DNA of 64,000 bases from Eledone cirrhosa. Its lineage: Eukaryota. The DNA lies in the NCBI GenBank assembly GCA_964016885.1, contig OZ024764.1:8494001-8558000 (forward strand), written 5' to 3'. Every line of letters starts with the position of its first letter. The first letter of the stretch is position 1. The notes beneath the pieces are model-generated. The model saw nothing but the letters and a program-made list of their open reading frames with translations, searched no databases and was not told the origin of the DNA. Positions 61,601-64,000 of the stretch are shown piece by piece. Made by a program: the position numbers and the translations under genes.

Positions 61601-63805
61601 GTTACTAGGGGCCTACATTGTAGACCTGTTCACAGTTTATATACAGGGATATGGTGACAAGCAAGGAGTTACTAGGGGCCTACATTGTAGACTTGTTCAC
61701 AGTTTATACACAGGGATATGGTGACAAGCAAGGAGTTACTAGGGGCCTACATTGTAGACCTGTTCACAGTTTATATACAGGGATATGGTGACAAGCAAGG
61801 AGTTACTAGGGGCCTACATTGTAGACCTGTTCACAGTTTATATACAGGGATATGGTGACAAGGAAGGAGTTACTAGGGGCCTACATTGTAGACCTGTTCA
61901 CAGTTTATACACAGGGATATGGTGACAAGCAAGGAGTTACTAGGGGCCTACATTGTAGACCTGTTCACAGTTTATATACAGGGATATGGTGACAAGCAAG
62001 GAGTTACTAGGGGCCTACATTGTAGACCTGTTCACAGTTTATATACAGGGATATGGTGACAAGCAAGGAGTTACTAGGGGCCTACATTGTAGACCTGTTC
62101 ACAGTTTATACACAGGGATATGGTGACAAGCAAGGAGTTACTAGGGGCCTACATTGTAGACCTGTTCACAGTTTATATACAGGGATATGGTGACAAGCAA
62201 GGAGTTACTAGGGGCCTACATTGTAGACCTGTTCACAGTTTATACACAGGGATATGGTGATAATTGAGGAGGTACTAGGGGCCTACATTGTAGACCTGTT
62301 CACAGTTTATATACAGGGATATGGTGACAAGCAAGGAGTTACTAGGGGCCTACATTGTAGACCTGTTCACAGTTTATATACAGGGATATGGTGACAAGCA
62401 AGGAGTTACTAGGGGCCTACATTGTAGACCTGTTCACAGTTTATATACAGGGATATGGTGGCAAGCAAGGAGTTACTAGGGGCCTACATTGTAGACCTTT
62501 TCACAGTTTATACACAGGGATATGGTGATAAGTGAGGAGGTACTAGGGGCCTACATTGTAGACCTGTTCACAGTTTATATACAGGGATATGGTGACAAGC
62601 AAGGAGTTACTAGGGGCCTACATTGTAGACCTGTTCACAGTTTATATACAGGGATATGGTGACAAGCGAGGAGGTACTACATAGAGGCCTACATTTACAT
62701 TATATACACTGTATTTCCCAGCATCGAAGACGCCCACCCCTTAAATAAGTCTAAAAAAATCTACCATGCATCCTGGAGGCCGAAGGTTATTTATTATTTT
62801 TTTCTTCAAATTTTTGGTTGTCAAAATTAGTGTATGTCCTTGAGGACGAAGTGTCTTTGGCGCTGGGAAATACAATAACTTACTCGTTACCATATTTCTA
62901 ATAAATTTGGAAGGATTTAATGATATAACCAACTTGCTCATTATTAAGTTGGTTCTTGGAACATAACTTAACAAAGGTCCTTTCATAAAATTACGATGGA
63001 AGCGTTTTAGATAAATATAAACACTTTAACCCTTTAGCATTTAAACTGGCTGTATCCAGCCAGAATCCCTCACATCTTTCTGTTCAAACCGGCTGTAACT
63101 GGCCACTCATACTGATGTTAAGGTATTGTTCTCAAAATAGATAATATCAAAATCTCATAAATTCAATATTATGTGAGGTAAAGCCTTTATCATGAAAATA
63201 TAATAGTAAATATAGAGTAATGTAAATGCTAAAGGGTGAACCCTTTCATTATCATATTTCTAAAGAAAGACACTGTTGGTGTTTGGAATGTAACTTAATA
63301 AAGGTTCTTAGGTAGAACTATAATGCAAAGTTTTCATATAAATATAAACACTTTAAGCAAACAGGTTTGTATTATAGAACCAGGGGTGCTTTCAAGCAAT
63401 GTGGTATTGAAACTGTTAATAAACCCAGGCAAGGTTGCTAATAACTCAACAAAAGGAACTCACCTTGACCGTGAACGCTTGTGCTTCTTCTTGGAGCTGG
63501 GAGATTTCAAACGGGATTTACTCTTCTTTGATGGAGATTTTAGATAGCCCAGTTTCCTGGATGGGCTTTTAGCAGCTTTCCTGGAGTATGGGGACTTGGA
63601 ACGTTCCTTGAAGGAACGAGATCTGGAGCGTGAACGTGACTTCTCAGCCCTGCTCTGTGATGAAGCCATACTGCTGATGTGACTTCTGGAATGGTGGGGA
63701 GGTGATTGCTGGCGGTACTGACTCCCTGAATGTTTCGGAGATTGATCTTTCATTCGTAGCTGACGACTGGAGGAGCCATATTTGCTGGGGGAACGAGATT
63801 TTGAT
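55670..63805 (-). CDS. SFSWAP: 3' part of SR-related splicing factor, SFSWAP/suppressor-of-white-apricot-like (exons 63464-63805, 59407-59595, 56538-56685, 55670-55750)
   Basis: Four phase-consistent GT-AG exons encode an RS/SP-rich region followed by the C-terminus SMLSKVRAMLKASRQ..., which resembles the SFSWAP C-terminal AKVRAMLAAS motif as I recall it. Confidence 0.75.
56030..56525. repeat. About 20-22-bp G-rich minisatellite (AACAAGGGATTAGGGAGG)
   Basis: Seen directly in the sequence. Confidence 0.9.
56940..58260. repeat. About 12x108-bp tandem array
   Basis: ATCTTTACT recurs at 108-bp spacing. Confidence 0.9.
58332..58517 (+). mobile_element. tRNA-derived SINE, plus-strand copy
   Basis: Same A/B boxes and central domain as the family at 49280. 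Confidence 0.85.
58517..59263. repeat. 20-bp (40-bp dimer) AT-rich minisatellite
   Basis: atattagagtaaagagttta alternating with atcttagagtaaatacttta. Confidence 0.9.
59630..62680. repeat. About 46x66/67-bp minisatellite in SFSWAP-like intron
   Basis: gttcacagtttatatacagggatatggtgacaagcaaggagttactaggggcctacattgtagacct. Confidence 0.92.
63030..63236. mobile_element. piggyBac-like MITE (sister copy)
   Basis: TTAA|CCCTTTAGCATT...AATGCTAAAGGG|TGAA. Confidence 0.7.
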
Positions 63806-64000
63806 CTGAGAAAGAGGAAGAAATAGCATATAAGGCTAATAACATCCGTTTAAACTGTCAGTAAATTTAACCCTTTCATTACCATATCCCTCATTAATTA
63901 AACACACTGTCCCCTATGGTTTTCAAATAATTTTGAAGTTAATCAACAATTTGGAGGGGTTTTGGTTAATATAACTAACTTTCTCTTTATTAAATTGGCG

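Overview
AT-rich, repeat-dense animal genomic DNA; the SINE and RTE repertoire suggests a cephalopod such as Octopus (inference). The minus strand carries two protein-coding genes. One is an almost complete XPC/Rad4 DNA-repair gene: 21 coding exons traced by hand with consistent GT-AG phases from 44371 to beyond base 1, giving more than 1337 aa. The other is the last four exons of an SR-rich splicing factor resembling SFSWAP (63805-55670). The introns contain an intact full-length RTE-clade LINE with a PHD-like finger, many truncated RTE copies, tRNA-derived SINEs, a non-autonomous Helitron, MITEs and numerous TE-seeded minisatellite arrays. The most unusual signal is a set of hammerhead-ribozyme motifs: about 10 complete or single-mutation cores plus several 3' halves, mostly of the minimal type I kind known from Penelope-like elements. 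Many sit inside long fold-back palindromes next to (TA)n tracts. All coordinates were read by eye and may be off by a few bases.
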